Assembly (NCBI GenBank): GCA_029246085.1
Contig: JAQWOB010000010.1
Coordinates: 1,552 to 65,551, forward strand
Direction of reading: 5' to 3'
Length of the DNA stretch: 64,000 nucleotides
Source of the DNA: Gammaproteobacteria bacterium
GTDB taxonomy: Bacteria > Pseudomonadota > Gammaproteobacteria > GCA-002705445 > GCA-002716945
The stretch's first letter is position 1. Each line of letters starts with the position of its first letter. The notes under the pieces were generated by a model, which was not told the DNA's origin, did no database searches, and was given only the letters and a program-made list of their open reading frames with translations. Made by a program: the position numbers and the translations under genes. This document shows, one piece after another, positions 25,025 through 36,307 of this stretch.

Positions 25025-25738
25025 CTACTTATTGAGCTTTTTGTTGATGGAGTTAAGCATTCCAAGCAACATATTAACCTCATCAGATTCAAGGTTAGCC
25101 TTGTTAAATAATATATATATTTTTTTTGTCAGAGATTTAGAATTTTTAACACTCATAAATTTTGTTTGACCCATAAGAGTAATTAAAGACTCAATAAAAT
25201 AATTTTTTTCTTTAGTTGTTGCACGAATAACGGATTTCTTTTTACTAGCAATATGTATATTTGAGTGCTTATAAAACTCATAAGTAATTAGTTGGACAGC
25301 TGCTGATAAATTAAGAGAGCTGTAGTCTGTATGAGTGGGTATTGAAACTATATAGTCACACTTTAGTAAGTCACTGTTTGATAAACCAGAGGATTCATTC
25401 CCAAAAATAATATTATACTTAAGGTTATTATTTGATAACACATGATTGATACACTCATTGACACCTAATGTTGGGATAGAAGCCTTTCTTGTCCTTACTG
25501 AAAGACCAATATTTACATTAGCACTCGCGACAGCATCATCAAGATTAGAAAATACTTTGGCTTTTTTAAGAACATCAATGCAACCAACTGCTAGTGCATC
25601 AGATTTTACTGATGGAAATTCTTTTGGGTTAACTAAAAGTAATTTTTTAAAACCCATAGTCTTCATCGCCCTAGCGGTAGAACCGATATTCCCCGGATGC
25701 GACGTATTAACCAAAACTATATGAACATTTGAAAACAT
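25025..25738 (-). CDS. trmJ: tRNA (cytidine/uridine-2'-O)-methyltransferase TrmJ (SpoU class)
   Basis: 237 aa. MFSNVHIVLVNTSHPGNIGSTARAMKTMGF is near-identical in pattern to E. coli TrmJ. It lies upstream of iscR as in E. coli. Confidence 0.85.
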   Translation of the reverse strand: MFSNVHIVLVNTSHPGNIGSTARAMKTMGFKKLLLVNPKEFPSVKSDALAVGCIDVLKKAKVFSNLDDAVASANVNIGLSVRTRKASIPTLGVNECINHVLSNNNLKYNIIFGNESSGLSNSDLLKCDYIVSIPTHTDYSSLNLSAAVQLITYEFYKHSNIHIASKKKSVIRATTKEKNYFIESLITLMGQTKFMSVKNSKSLTKKIYILFNKANLESDEVNMLLGMLNSINKKLNK

Positions 25739-25776
25739 ATTGTAGTATTATGGATATTTTACTGAATTAAAACAAT

Positions 25777-26556
25777 ATGCAACCAAGATTAAATATAGCA
25801 TTAAAAGCATGCAGATCAGCTTCAGAGATCGTCACAAAGATATATAAGTCCAAAGATCAAGATGAACTAAGGTCTTATGATAAGATCGGTGATGTACTAT
25901 ACAAGCATATAGCTGATGTAATTGCTGAATCTTACCCCTATGGTGATGATGATATATTAGGCCCATCATATGTAGATAGAAAAATAATGGAGAGTGTTAC
26001 TGGAAGCCAAAATATTACATCTAATATGGACAGTGATAATGATAAATATATATGGGTCATCAATCCTCTCGATAGTTATGAAAATTTTACTAATAAATTT
26101 CCTCTGTTTAATATTACTATTACGATATTTCAAAAAGGTGAAGCGCAGGCAACTATAATATTTAATCCTATCCAGGATGAACTAGTAACAGCAATAAAGG
26201 GTGAAGGCGCGCTATATGAGAATACTAAGATACGTAATAGAAGCCTGTCTAAAACGAAAATACTTTATGTGATTGATAATTCAAAAATAAAATTAAATAT
26301 TGAAAATATGCTAAATGGTAGCGAGAGATTTATAGGCTCTAAATCAACAGAATTAATATATATGGCATCAGGCAAAATTGACTTAATAGTCTATCCCGAG
26401 ATAAATATTTGGGAATCAGCGGCCGGTGTATTAATTTGCAAAGAAGCGGGGGTCTTTGTTACAGATTTTTCAGGTGAAGATGACATTTATAACTCTAAAT
26501 CATTAATTGCTTCAAAAGAATGGCTTCATAAAAAAATATTATCTGAGCTTAATTAA
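25777..26556 (+). CDS. suhB: inositol monophosphatase family protein (SuhB)
   Basis: 259 aa. The N-terminus MQPRLNIALKACRSA resembles SuhB MHPMLNIAVRAARKA. The IMPase motifs are present, and it is divergent from trmJ as in E. coli. Confidence 0.75.
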   Translation: MQPRLNIALKACRSASEIVTKIYKSKDQDELRSYDKIGDVLYKHIADVIAESYPYGDDDILGPSYVDRKIMESVTGSQNITSNMDSDNDKYIWVINPLDSYENFTNKFPLFNITITIFQKGEAQATIIFNPIQDELVTAIKGEGALYENTKIRNRSLSKTKILYVIDNSKIKLNIENMLNGSERFIGSKSTELIYMASGKIDLIVYPEINIWESAAGVLICKEAGVFVTDFSGEDDIYNSKSLIASKEWLHKKILSELN

Positions 26557-27455
26557 AGATCTTTTCTATGCTCGGCATTTGCGCCTAGAAAATATAAGCT
26601 TGTACTTGCTACGAATATAGATGAATAAGTACCTACCAAAATCCCAATCATCATCGCTAAAGCAAAGTACTCGACTGCTGACCCACCTAATACATATAAA
26701 GATATCAAAACAAACATTGTTGTTAAGGAAGTGATAAGAGTTCTCGTCAATGTCTGGTTTATTGAAATATTTAATATATATTCATAAGAGTCACTTTTAA
26801 CTATATTAATATTTTCTCTAATGCGATCATATACAACGATAGTATCATTCAACGAATATCCAATTACCGCTAATATTGCTGAAAGGACACTTAAGTCAAA
26901 TTCAATTTGGAAGAGAGAAAAGAATCCTAAGGTTATAATTACATCATGGATTAAAGCTATAATAGCCCCAACACCAAAAAGTAATTCAAATCTAAAACCA
27001 ATATAGACAAGTATACTTAATAGAGCCACCAACATCGCCCACTCTCCTTTTTCTCTGAGTTCGTCTCCAATCTGAGCTCCAACAAATTCTAATTTAAGTA
27101 TCTCAAAGGGATGCGTCTCAGATAAAATATCTACAAGAAATACGTTAACAGAGGCTTTGTTAAAATTGCTTTCTTCCTTCAGTTTAATAATTATTTCATT
27201 ATTAGAGCCAAATGACTGCATCACAGAGTCAGTAACCCCATTCTCTTCAAATGCAGACCTTATCTCAGAGATATTAACTTCTTTTTCAAATTTTAATTGA
27301 ACAATATAACCACTGGAAAAATCAATCCCCCAATTTAAACCCTTAGTCATAAAGCTAGTTAGGCTTACAATTATTAAAAACACTGAGATAATAATCGCAA
27401 TTTTTTTTTGTCCTAAGAAATTATAATTAAGAGATGAGCTGATAAGTTTAAACAT
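26553..27455 (-). CDS. secF: protein translocase subunit SecF
   Basis: 300 aa with six TM helices, SecD/F family. It lies immediately after secD. Confidence 0.85.
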   Translation of the reverse strand: MFKLISSSLNYNFLGQKKIAIIISVFLIIVSLTSFMTKGLNWGIDFSSGYIVQLKFEKEVNISEIRSAFEENGVTDSVMQSFGSNNEIIIKLKEESNFNKASVNVFLVDILSETHPFEILKLEFVGAQIGDELREKGEWAMLVALLSILVYIGFRFELLFGVGAIIALIHDVIITLGFFSLFQIEFDLSVLSAILAVIGYSLNDTIVVYDRIRENINIVKSDSYEYILNISINQTLTRTLITSLTTMFVLISLYVLGGSAVEYFALAMMIGILVGTYSSIFVASTSLYFLGANAEHRKDL

Positions 27456-29245
27456 TATATTGAAAGGCCTTTATTATTTTTTCGTTCATATATTAAACTA
27501 ACTAACGCTCTTGTTCCCACAATTGATGTAAACATGGAGGATAGTATTCCAACTACTAGTGTAATTGCAAAACCTTTAACTGCGCCAGTACCTATTGTTA
27601 ATAATGCAATAGCTGCAATTAAAGTTGTGATATTAGCATCTGATATTGTTGAAAAAGCTTTTTGATAACCCGCATATATACTTGAATTTGGTGAATTTCC
27701 ATTCATAATTTCTTCTCTTATTCTTTCAAAAATTAAAACATTTGCATCAACGGCCATTCCTACCGTTAAAACTATGCCAGCTATTCCAGATAAAGTTAAT
27801 GTGGCTTGAAACATTGAAAGTACAGCTGTAATAATTACTATATTTGCAACAAGTGCGATATTTGCTATAAATCCAAATAACCTATAATAAATTAGCATAA
27901 ATAGTCCAACTAAAAATAACCCAAAATATATTGAGTTTTTACCAGCCAAGATATTTGCTTCTCCTAAACTTGGTCCAACAGTTCTCTCTTCAATAATTTC
28001 CATTGGTGCGCTCAGAGCACCAGACCTCAAAAGGATTGCAAGATCAGTTGCCTCATTTATATCCAATCCAGTGATTTGAAAACTTTTACTAAAAGCTTCT
28101 CTTATGACAGCAACATTTATTACTTCTCTCTTATTTTTTTCAACAAATATGACGGCCATCCTGCTACCAATATTTTTAGATGTAGTTTCAAGCATTCGTG
28201 AAGCACCATAATCACTAAGATTTACAAAAACTGCCGGAGTATTTGTTGATGAATCAAAACCACTATTAGCACCTTTAATATCAGCTCCACCCACGATAAC
28301 TTTACGTGAAAGCAAAATTGGGGATTCATCACGTTGTTTATATAAGATCGAAGAGTTTATAACAGGTGTTCCAGAAACTTTGGAAGCATACCAATCTTCT
28401 GGTGTTCCTTTGGTGAGCCTGAATTCTAAAGTAGCAGTTGATCCGAGTATGCCCTTAGCTCTCGTAGAATCCTGTAGACCAGGCAATTGAACAATAATCC
28501 TATCTTTTCCTTGTTTCTGAAGCAATGGTTGGGCTACACCCAGCTCATCTACTCTGCTACGAAGGATTGTGAGATTCTTAGCTAAAGAACTAGCAATATC
28601 CTTGCTGATTAAATCTTCGGAGGGAATAATTTCAAAACTGATATTTTTATCGCTAATTATTTTGGATATCACTATATCTGGAACTGCGTCATTTATTGTT
28701 TTAACAATCTCATCTGAAGGCTTGTCTATATCAAAATTAACAACTACTTTTTCTTCTGTTTTATAAAAAGAATTATACCTAAGTTTTTTTTCAATTAGTA
28801 TATCCTTTACATCATCTTCAATTTCTCTAAGCAAGTTTGTTTTTATATTATCTTTGTCAACCTGAAGTAAAAAATGTACACCACCCTTAAGATCCAAGCC
28901 TAGAAACATAGGATAAGCATTAATAGATTTCAACCAATCGGGTAAATTAATATAATTTGTTAAAGTATAGTTAGTTTTTATATTTGAAAAACTTATTTTA
29001 TTATAAGCATCAAGCTGTTTTTTTGAGCTGCTAAATTTAAATATAAATTTATTATTTTCTTGAATTACGCTTTCTACTTTAATATTTGGATCAATAATAT
29101 TAATTACCTGATATATATCAATTTGATCATTTTTACTTATCTCTAGAGCAGGGTATGAATTATAAAGATTTGGGAGTGAGTATATTATGGATATTATTAA
29201 TACCAGAACAACCATAATATATTTCCAGCGCGGATATGATGACAT
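27455..29245 (-). CDS. secD: protein translocase subunit SecD
   Basis: 596 aa. The N-terminus MSSYPRWKYIMVVLVLIISIIYSLPNLY matches E. coli SecD MLNRYPLWKYVMLIVVIV..LYALPNL. Confidence 0.9.
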   Translation of the reverse strand: MSSYPRWKYIMVVLVLIISIIYSLPNLYNSYPALEISKNDQIDIYQVINIIDPNIKVESVIQENNKFIFKFSSSKKQLDAYNKISFSNIKTNYTLTNYINLPDWLKSINAYPMFLGLDLKGGVHFLLQVDKDNIKTNLLREIEDDVKDILIEKKLRYNSFYKTEEKVVVNFDIDKPSDEIVKTINDAVPDIVISKIISDKNISFEIIPSEDLISKDIASSLAKNLTILRSRVDELGVAQPLLQKQGKDRIIVQLPGLQDSTRAKGILGSTATLEFRLTKGTPEDWYASKVSGTPVINSSILYKQRDESPILLSRKVIVGGADIKGANSGFDSSTNTPAVFVNLSDYGASRMLETTSKNIGSRMAVIFVEKNKREVINVAVIREAFSKSFQITGLDINEATDLAILLRSGALSAPMEIIEERTVGPSLGEANILAGKNSIYFGLFLVGLFMLIYYRLFGFIANIALVANIVIITAVLSMFQATLTLSGIAGIVLTVGMAVDANVLIFERIREEIMNGNSPNSSIYAGYQKAFSTISDANITTLIAAIALLTIGTGAVKGFAITLVVGILSSMFTSIVGTRALVSLIYERKNNKGLSI

Positions 29246-29246
29246 A

Positions 29247-29570
29247 TTACTTTATAGACTCCAGAGAATTTTTAGGTAATATTTTACTGACAGAAGACTT
29301 TTGAAGTTTAATCACAACATCGCTCGAAATTTTTAGCTGTATATAAGATTCACCAATCTTTAGCACTATACCTAATATTCCACCAGTTGTAGAAACTTCA
29401 TCTCCTACTTTTAACTCCTCCACCATGAGCTTATGTTCTTTTAATTTTTTTGATTGCGGTCTAATTAAAACAAAATACATTAAGACTAGAATAAAAATGG
29501 GTAAAAGAAATCCTAATGCTGATGGTTCCTGCGTTTCTGTTGCTGCATGCGCTATATTTATAAAATCCAT
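29247..29570 (-). CDS. yajC: preprotein translocase subunit YajC
   Basis: TM helix plus a conserved IRPQSKKLKEHKLMVEELKVGDEV block, compared with E. coli LRPQQKRTKEHKKLMDSIAKGDEV. I chose the internal Met (107 aa) that avoids overlap with tgt; the track ORF starts 11 codons upstream. Confidence 0.75.
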   Translation of the reverse strand: MDFINIAHAATETQEPSALGFLLPIFILVLMYFVLIRPQSKKLKEHKLMVEELKVGDEVSTTGGILGIVLKIGESYIQLKISSDVVIKLQKSSVSKILPKNSLESIK

Positions 29571-29577
29571 ATTAACC

Positions 29578-31706
<2,129 letters not shown>

Positions 31707-31807
31707 AATACTGCAAAATAATACTTCTAATACTGATTATGTCAATAAAATTATATATTAGCATATTCTAATATTGATTTATAGTTCCATATTTGCTTTA
31801 ATTAGCT

Positions 31808-32248
31808 ATGAGCTTAATAAATAACTTCCCACATGATGGAATAGTAACAATTAATAGAGTAATACTTAAAGATGAGTACACTCTAGATGATCTTCAAGAA
31901 AGAGTTGCTGTGATGTGTGAAAATGTAAAAACATATCACTCGGATACAGGCTTTATTGGAGGAATGGTTGTTCTAAATAGTGGGCAAATCTCTAATGAAG
32001 GTTCAAACATTGGGAAAGCACTAACTTCTGACCTTAAAGACCGTGAAGCACTAATTATAACATTCTGGAAATCTTATGATGATCATGAGAATTCTCATAA
32101 AAGTGAGACTTTTCAGCCCCTATTCCAGAAAGTAATTGATGTCTGCGACAATGGTAATGAAGAAATTGTCTATAGCATGCTCTGGCAAGGAGCAGCTTAT
32201 ACTCCAGAAATGGCTAAATTAGCAAAATCGGCTAAAAAAAATAAATAG
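31808..32248 (+). CDS. hypothetical protein, possibly an ABM-fold (antibiotic-biosynthesis-monooxygenase-like) alpha/beta barrel
   Basis: 146 aa with no signal peptide. The segment IITFWKSYDDHENSHKSETFQPLF follows the W-x-S-x3-H-x3-H...F pattern of ABM/Dabb domains (compare YgiN IEQWESIAHLEAHLQTPHMKAY). There is no recognisable SD. It sits in the only non-core stretch, downstream of the tRNA-Leu 3' end. Confidence 0.35.
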   Translation: MSLINNFPHDGIVTINRVILKDEYTLDDLQERVAVMCENVKTYHSDTGFIGGMVVLNSGQISNEGSNIGKALTSDLKDREALIITFWKSYDDHENSHKSETFQPLFQKVIDVCDNGNEEIVYSMLWQGAAYTPEMAKLAKSAKKNK

Positions 32249-32449
32249 TTAAACTATTGGAGGGTTTTTTTTATTCGTCCTTTTGTGTCTTCCACCAATT
32301 AACTTATGTTTTTTAAGTTTTTCCTCGATATCTTCCAACGTAGTATCTTTAAGCGAAATTTCTTTCGATAGCTTTATTTGTTTGTAAGAATATATTCCAA
32401 TAAAAACGAACACAATGATTAGAATAGAGTAAATCAGCATAATATCCAT
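32249..32449 (-). CDS. hypothetical small membrane protein (66 aa; one N-terminal TM helix and a Lys-rich tail)
   Basis: MDIMLIYSILIIVFVFIGIYSY is followed by a charged region KLKKHKLIGGRHKRTNKK. It is convergent with the ABM-like ORF. It may be spurious; there is no SD. Confidence 0.3.
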   Translation of the reverse strand: MDIMLIYSILIIVFVFIGIYSYKQIKLSKEISLKDTTLEDIEEKLKKHKLIGGRHKRTNKKNPPIV

Positions 32450-32524
32450 ATAAAGATAATATCATGATTTTATATAGATATTTATTGATAAGAAAAATAT
32501 TTTAAATTATAAAAAATAATCTTC

Positions 32525-32605
32525 TACTCGAGGTGGGATTCGAACCCACATGTCTTGCGACAGAGGATTTTGAATCCTCCGTGTATACCATTCCACCACT
32601 CGAGC
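32525..32605 (-). tRNA. tRNA-Leu (anticodon CAA), class II with a long variable arm
   Basis: The reverse complement is GCTCGAG TG GTGGAATGGTATACAC G GAGGA-TTCAAAA-TCCTC TGTCGCAAGACA T GTGGG-TTCGAAT-CCCAC CTCGAGT A. It has a canonical T-arm GTTCGAATC, U33, anticodon CAA, a variable arm of about 13 nt and no encoded CCA. The acceptor stem closes with a G1-U72 wobble. It is a GC-rich island in AT-rich surroundings. Confidence 0.8.
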
Positions 32606-32610
32606 AGAAT

Positions 32611-32640
32611 AATTATTATATATTATGAGGGTTCACTTGT
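32611..32640 (-). promoter_or_regulatory. putative sigma70 promoter for tRNA-Leu
   Basis: Minus-strand sequence TTACAA-n14/17-TATATAAT lies just upstream of the mature tRNA 5' end (ttacaagtgaaccctcataatatataataattattct|GCTCGAG). Confidence 0.3.
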
Positions 32641-32825
32641 AATAAGATTTCTTAACTAACTTTTTTCTTATAACCCTTATATCTTTACACCAGCTTTCTC
32701 AAGAAATTTTTATAATTGCATAATATAAGGAAGGATTTTATGATATCCTAGACCTCAATAAATATATGACTATAGAGTTATTAAAGAATTCAATATGCAA
32801 CTAATTATTATAAGGAATAGAAAAT

Positions 32826-33827
32826 ATGAATAAATATAAACTATATGGTATTGGAAATGCATTATTAGATTATGAATATAAGATTAATGATCAAATTCTT
32901 GAAGATCTTAATCTTGAGAAAGGATGCATGCTATTAAATGAATATGAAAAACACTTTGCACTTCATGAAAAATTAAAAGCAATGAGGCCTCCAGAAAAAA
33001 TTATACCAGGTGGATCAGTAGCAAATTCTGTATATGCAATGGCTCAATTTACCGATAATGTCTGTTTCTCAGGAAAAGTTTCAAATGATGAATCTGGCAA
33101 AAATTTTATCAGTTGCTTAAATGAGTCAGGTGTTGATGCACATGTTGCTAAAATTAATGATCAAAGAAGTGGCGAATGTTTAGTTTTGATTACACCTGAT
33201 AATGAAAGAACAATGAATACTTTTTTAGGATCATCAAGCTTATTAAGTGAAAATGATATAAGGAAAGAATCAATTAAAGATTCTAATTATTTATTGATAG
33301 AAGGTTATTTGGTAACATCAGACGCAACTCTGAATGTGGGAATAGCTGCGATAAATATTGCTCATGAAAATAATACAAGAATAGTCATAACTTTATCGGA
33401 TCCAAATATTGTTTCATATTTCAGAGATAATATGATGAAATTATTTAATAAAAAATCACATATAATTTTTTGTAATGAGCAAGAGGCTCTTAATTTTTCA
33501 CAAGCTGATAATTTAAAGGATGCTGAAAAATTTCTTAAAGAGCTAACGGATATGTATATCATTACACTTGGGTCTAAAGGAGCAATATGCTTTGATGGAA
33601 CTAATGATCATAAAATCTCTGGTCATCAAGTTCAATCTAAAGATTTTACTGGTGCAGGAGATATGTTCCTTGGTGCTTTCATGCATCAATATACAGATAC
33701 TAATATTCTCGAGTCTATGAAATTTGCAAATTATTGCGCATCAAAGATTATACAAATATATGGTGCTAAATTTAATAATTCAAATGATTATCAAGAATTA
33801 AGAAAAGATTTTAAATCATTAATTTAA
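32826..33827 (+). CDS. PfkB-family carbohydrate/nucleoside kinase (adenosine kinase-like)
   Basis: 333 aa. The ribokinase-fold motifs are present: N-terminal GIGNALLDYEY..., C-terminal DFTGAGDMFLGAF (the anion hole GAGD). The 3' end overlaps pyrF convergently by 17 nt. Confidence 0.7.
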   Translation: MNKYKLYGIGNALLDYEYKINDQILEDLNLEKGCMLLNEYEKHFALHEKLKAMRPPEKIIPGGSVANSVYAMAQFTDNVCFSGKVSNDESGKNFISCLNESGVDAHVAKINDQRSGECLVLITPDNERTMNTFLGSSSLLSENDIRKESIKDSNYLLIEGYLVTSDATLNVGIAAINIAHENNTRIVITLSDPNIVSYFRDNMMKLFNKKSHIIFCNEQEALNFSQADNLKDAEKFLKELTDMYIITLGSKGAICFDGTNDHKISGHQVQSKDFTGAGDMFLGAFMHQYTDTNILESMKFANYCASKIIQIYGAKFNNSNDYQELRKDFKSLI

Positions 33828-34515
33828 TTTTTTCTACGATACTCATTGGGTCTTTAGCTTCTGTGATAGGACGGCCTATAACAAGATAAGAGCTACCAAG
33901 ATCTAAAGCTATGCTTGGTGTATATATTTTTGAATGATCGTTTGAATCATTACTTAACCTTATTCCTGGTGTAATGAACTCTAAGCTATTTTTAGATGTA
34001 TTTATAGAACTTATGTCTCCAGGAGAACATACGACTCCATCTATTTTTGAATCACTAGCTATTACAGATAATTTTTTCACTATATCTGCACGCGTGTTCA
34101 TACCAAGGTGAGACATGCTCTCTTCATTATGACTAGTTAATAGAGTAACCCCAATTATCTTAGATTTTTTATTAACCATATCTCTGGCTTCTTTAGCTGC
34201 AGACACCATTTCTTTTCCACCTAAAAGATGAACATTTAACATCCATATGCCCAACTTATAAGCTTCCATGCAGGCCTTATAAACTGTAATAGGAATATCA
34301 TGAAATTTTAGATCTAAAAATATTTCAAAATTCATCGCATGAAGTTCATCAACTATTTTTGGACCATATTTAGTAAAAAGCTGTTTACCAATTTTTAATC
34401 TACAATATGACGGGTCTAACTTTTCCGATAACTCTAGAGCTTGCTCTTTATTATTATAGTCTAAAGCAACAATTATTTTATTACTATCAAAATTACTATT
34501 CACTGCTTCTTCCAT
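33811..34515 (-). CDS. pyrF: orotidine 5'-phosphate decarboxylase
   Basis: 234 aa. VALDYNNKEQALELSEKLDPSYCRLKIGKQLF matches E. coli PyrF [33 protein letters not shown]. Confidence 0.9.
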   Translation of the reverse strand: MEEAVNSNFDSNKIIVALDYNNKEQALELSEKLDPSYCRLKIGKQLFTKYGPKIVDELHAMNFEIFLDLKFHDIPITVYKACMEAYKLGIWMLNVHLLGGKEMVSAAKEARDMVNKKSKIIGVTLLTSHNEESMSHLGMNTRADIVKKLSVIASDSKIDGVVCSPGDISSINTSKNSLEFITPGIRLSNDSNDHSKIYTPSIALDLGSSYLVIGRPITEAKDPMSIVEKIKLMI

Positions 34516-35668
34516 CTTCCATTATATCAACCACTGATTTCGGCACTATAGTCTCCCAGGTATTACAGCTTGGACATATCCAGTTTAACTTATTAGACTT
34601 ATATCCACAATTGTTACAAATAAAACAATGACGCGAAGAAAAAATATTTTTATAAGAGTTAACCAAGTCGTATATAATGCTGTCAGCATCAGTTTGCTCC
34701 TCCGTTGAAGCCAAAGTGTGGGTTATAATAAAGTTATTAACTAAATCAGCTCTATCAAAAACATTGACATAAGCCATAGCCGCATCTTTGTCTTTTTCAT
34801 AAAGAAGGAAAAAATATATATCTGGTATAAATGGCATATCTTTTATTTCAGATACGGTCGTTAATATTTTTAAAATCATTCCGCTATTTTTTAGTTCCTT
34901 AGCTAAAGAAATTATTTGGCCAACAATATATTGTCCAAAATTTTTATTTTGAATAATTATAGAATAATAGTATTGGACTGATATCCTAATATCATTTCTT
35001 GAATAATATTTAGCTAATTGATAATTTGCCCGTATACATTTAGGGTTAGTTTTTAATGCTTTCTTTGATATCGCAATTGCTTTTTCAGTTTGATTTTGGT
35101 TATGATATAGGTCGGATATTTCACAATAATATTGAGCGAGGAGTGGAGATGTCTCTTGATTATTAATAAAAACAGTATCCATTGATTTTACTAATTCTAT
35201 AGCCTTTTCCCAGTCTTTTGTCACTTCATATATTTTTAATAAATGCCCTAAACATGATTCTTTATAACTTTTGATTTCAGATAGATTTTTAAAAATTTTT
35301 TCAGAGCGATCATAAAGCCCAGCAGAATGAAAGTCTTTAGCTAATTCATATAAAGCCTGATTTTTAAGCTCTATTTCCAAGGTTGGCCTTGAAAGAAGAT
35401 TCTGATGAATTAAAATTGCTTTATCAAACTCCCCTCTCTTTCTATATAATCCACCTAAAGCTAAATGCGTCTCGATAGTAGAGCTATCTACATCCATTAA
35501 TGCTGCAAATATTTTAAAAGCTTTATCTTCTTCATTATTTAATAAATAGTTTAGACCTCTATAGTACTCAGCATTAAAAATATTTTTAGTAGTTTTGGGC
35601 TTAGGCTTATAATAAAGATATGCTGATGATAATATAATCACCGTTATAATAATAAAAGCATAAATCAT
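34496..35668 (-). CDS. lapB: lipopolysaccharide assembly protein B (TPR plus rubredoxin-like)
   Basis: 390 aa with an N-terminal TM helix, TPR repeats and a C-terminal CFICNNCGY...CPSCNTW four-Cys rubredoxin-like motif diagnostic of LapB/YciM. It shows the lapA-lapB-pyrF synteny. Confidence 0.8.
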   Translation of the reverse strand: MIYAFIIITVIILSSAYLYYKPKPKTTKNIFNAEYYRGLNYLLNNEEDKAFKIFAALMDVDSSTIETHLALGGLYRKRGEFDKAILIHQNLLSRPTLEIELKNQALYELAKDFHSAGLYDRSEKIFKNLSEIKSYKESCLGHLLKIYEVTKDWEKAIELVKSMDTVFINNQETSPLLAQYYCEISDLYHNQNQTEKAIAISKKALKTNPKCIRANYQLAKYYSRNDIRISVQYYYSIIIQNKNFGQYIVGQIISLAKELKNSGMILKILTTVSEIKDMPFIPDIYFFLLYEKDKDAAMAYVNVFDRADLVNNFIITHTLASTEEQTDADSIIYDLVNSYKNIFSSRHCFICNNCGYKSNKLNWICPSCNTWETIVPKSVVDIMEDGRSSE

Positions 35669-35961
35669 TCGTGATCATCTCTGAGAGGATTTTTTCTAAG
35701 ACTATCAATCTCATCTTCTTTCATTTTCAATATTTTTCTTAGATTTCTGCCCTCATGTTTATGGCTAATATATGCAGATAAGAAAAATAATAAAGCTAAA
35801 AAAGATCCTATTAGAAAACTTATAAATAGAAAAAGTGGCAAGGGAGAAGAATACTTTTGGAAATATAAATCTATTTCAATAGACAAAGGATTGAGCATAG
35901 ATATTATTATAGACAAAGCTAATAATGATAATGTTACTAAAAATATTAAAACTCTAAACAT
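35665..35961 (-). CDS. lapA: lipopolysaccharide assembly protein A (YciS)
   Basis: 98 aa with two TM helices and a charged C-terminus. It is immediately upstream of lapB with a 4-nt overlap. Confidence 0.65.
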   Translation of the reverse strand: MFRVLIFLVTLSLLALSIIISMLNPLSIEIDLYFQKYSSPLPLFLFISFLIGSFLALLFFLSAYISHKHEGRNLRKILKMKEDEIDSLRKNPLRDDHE

Positions 35962-36014
35962 AGTTACATATTATATTATTCTATTAGAGTGATTAATTGA
36001 AGATAAATTAAGTT

Positions 36015-36305
36015 TTAATTCTTATTATTTACTCTCGACTTGAGTTCCTTACTAGGCTTAAAATGAACACTATTTCTTTTTTCCAAGGCTACTAATTCTC
36101 CAGTTTTAGGATTCCTAGCAGTTCGAGAATTATGATTATGCAAAGAGAATGTACCGAAACCCCTAACCTCAACCCTATCACCAGAGTATAAAGATTTTGA
36201 TATGTGTTCTAGTATCTTTTTAACAGAATAGTCGATATCAGAGGCAGTAAAAGATTTAAATTTACTTGAGAGTTTAGATATTAATTCTGATCTATTTAAA
36301 ACCAT
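36015..36305 (-). CDS. ihfB: integration host factor subunit beta
   Basis: 96 aa. RVEVRGFGTFSLHNHNSRTARNPKTGELV matches IhfB [29 protein letters not shown]. It is downstream of rpsA. Confidence 0.85.
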   Translation of the reverse strand: MVLNRSELISKLSSKFKSFTASDIDYSVKKILEHISKSLYSGDRVEVRGFGTFSLHNHNSRTARNPKTGELVALEKRNSVHFKPSKELKSRVNNKN

Positions 36306-36307
36306 AA

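Noticed and set aside
32246-32275. Intrinsic terminator after the ABM-like ORF
   Set aside because: The candidate stem (AATAG/CTATT) is AT-only with a weak loop, and the T-run lies inside the convergent 66-aa ORF, so it is too weak to call.
31707-32825. Integrative element or prophage remnant at tRNA-Leu
   Set aside because: I found no integrase, no phage genes, and no direct repeat of the tRNA 3' end (ggattcgaac... / ctcgagg) at the queA-side boundary. The segment is only about 1.1 kb.
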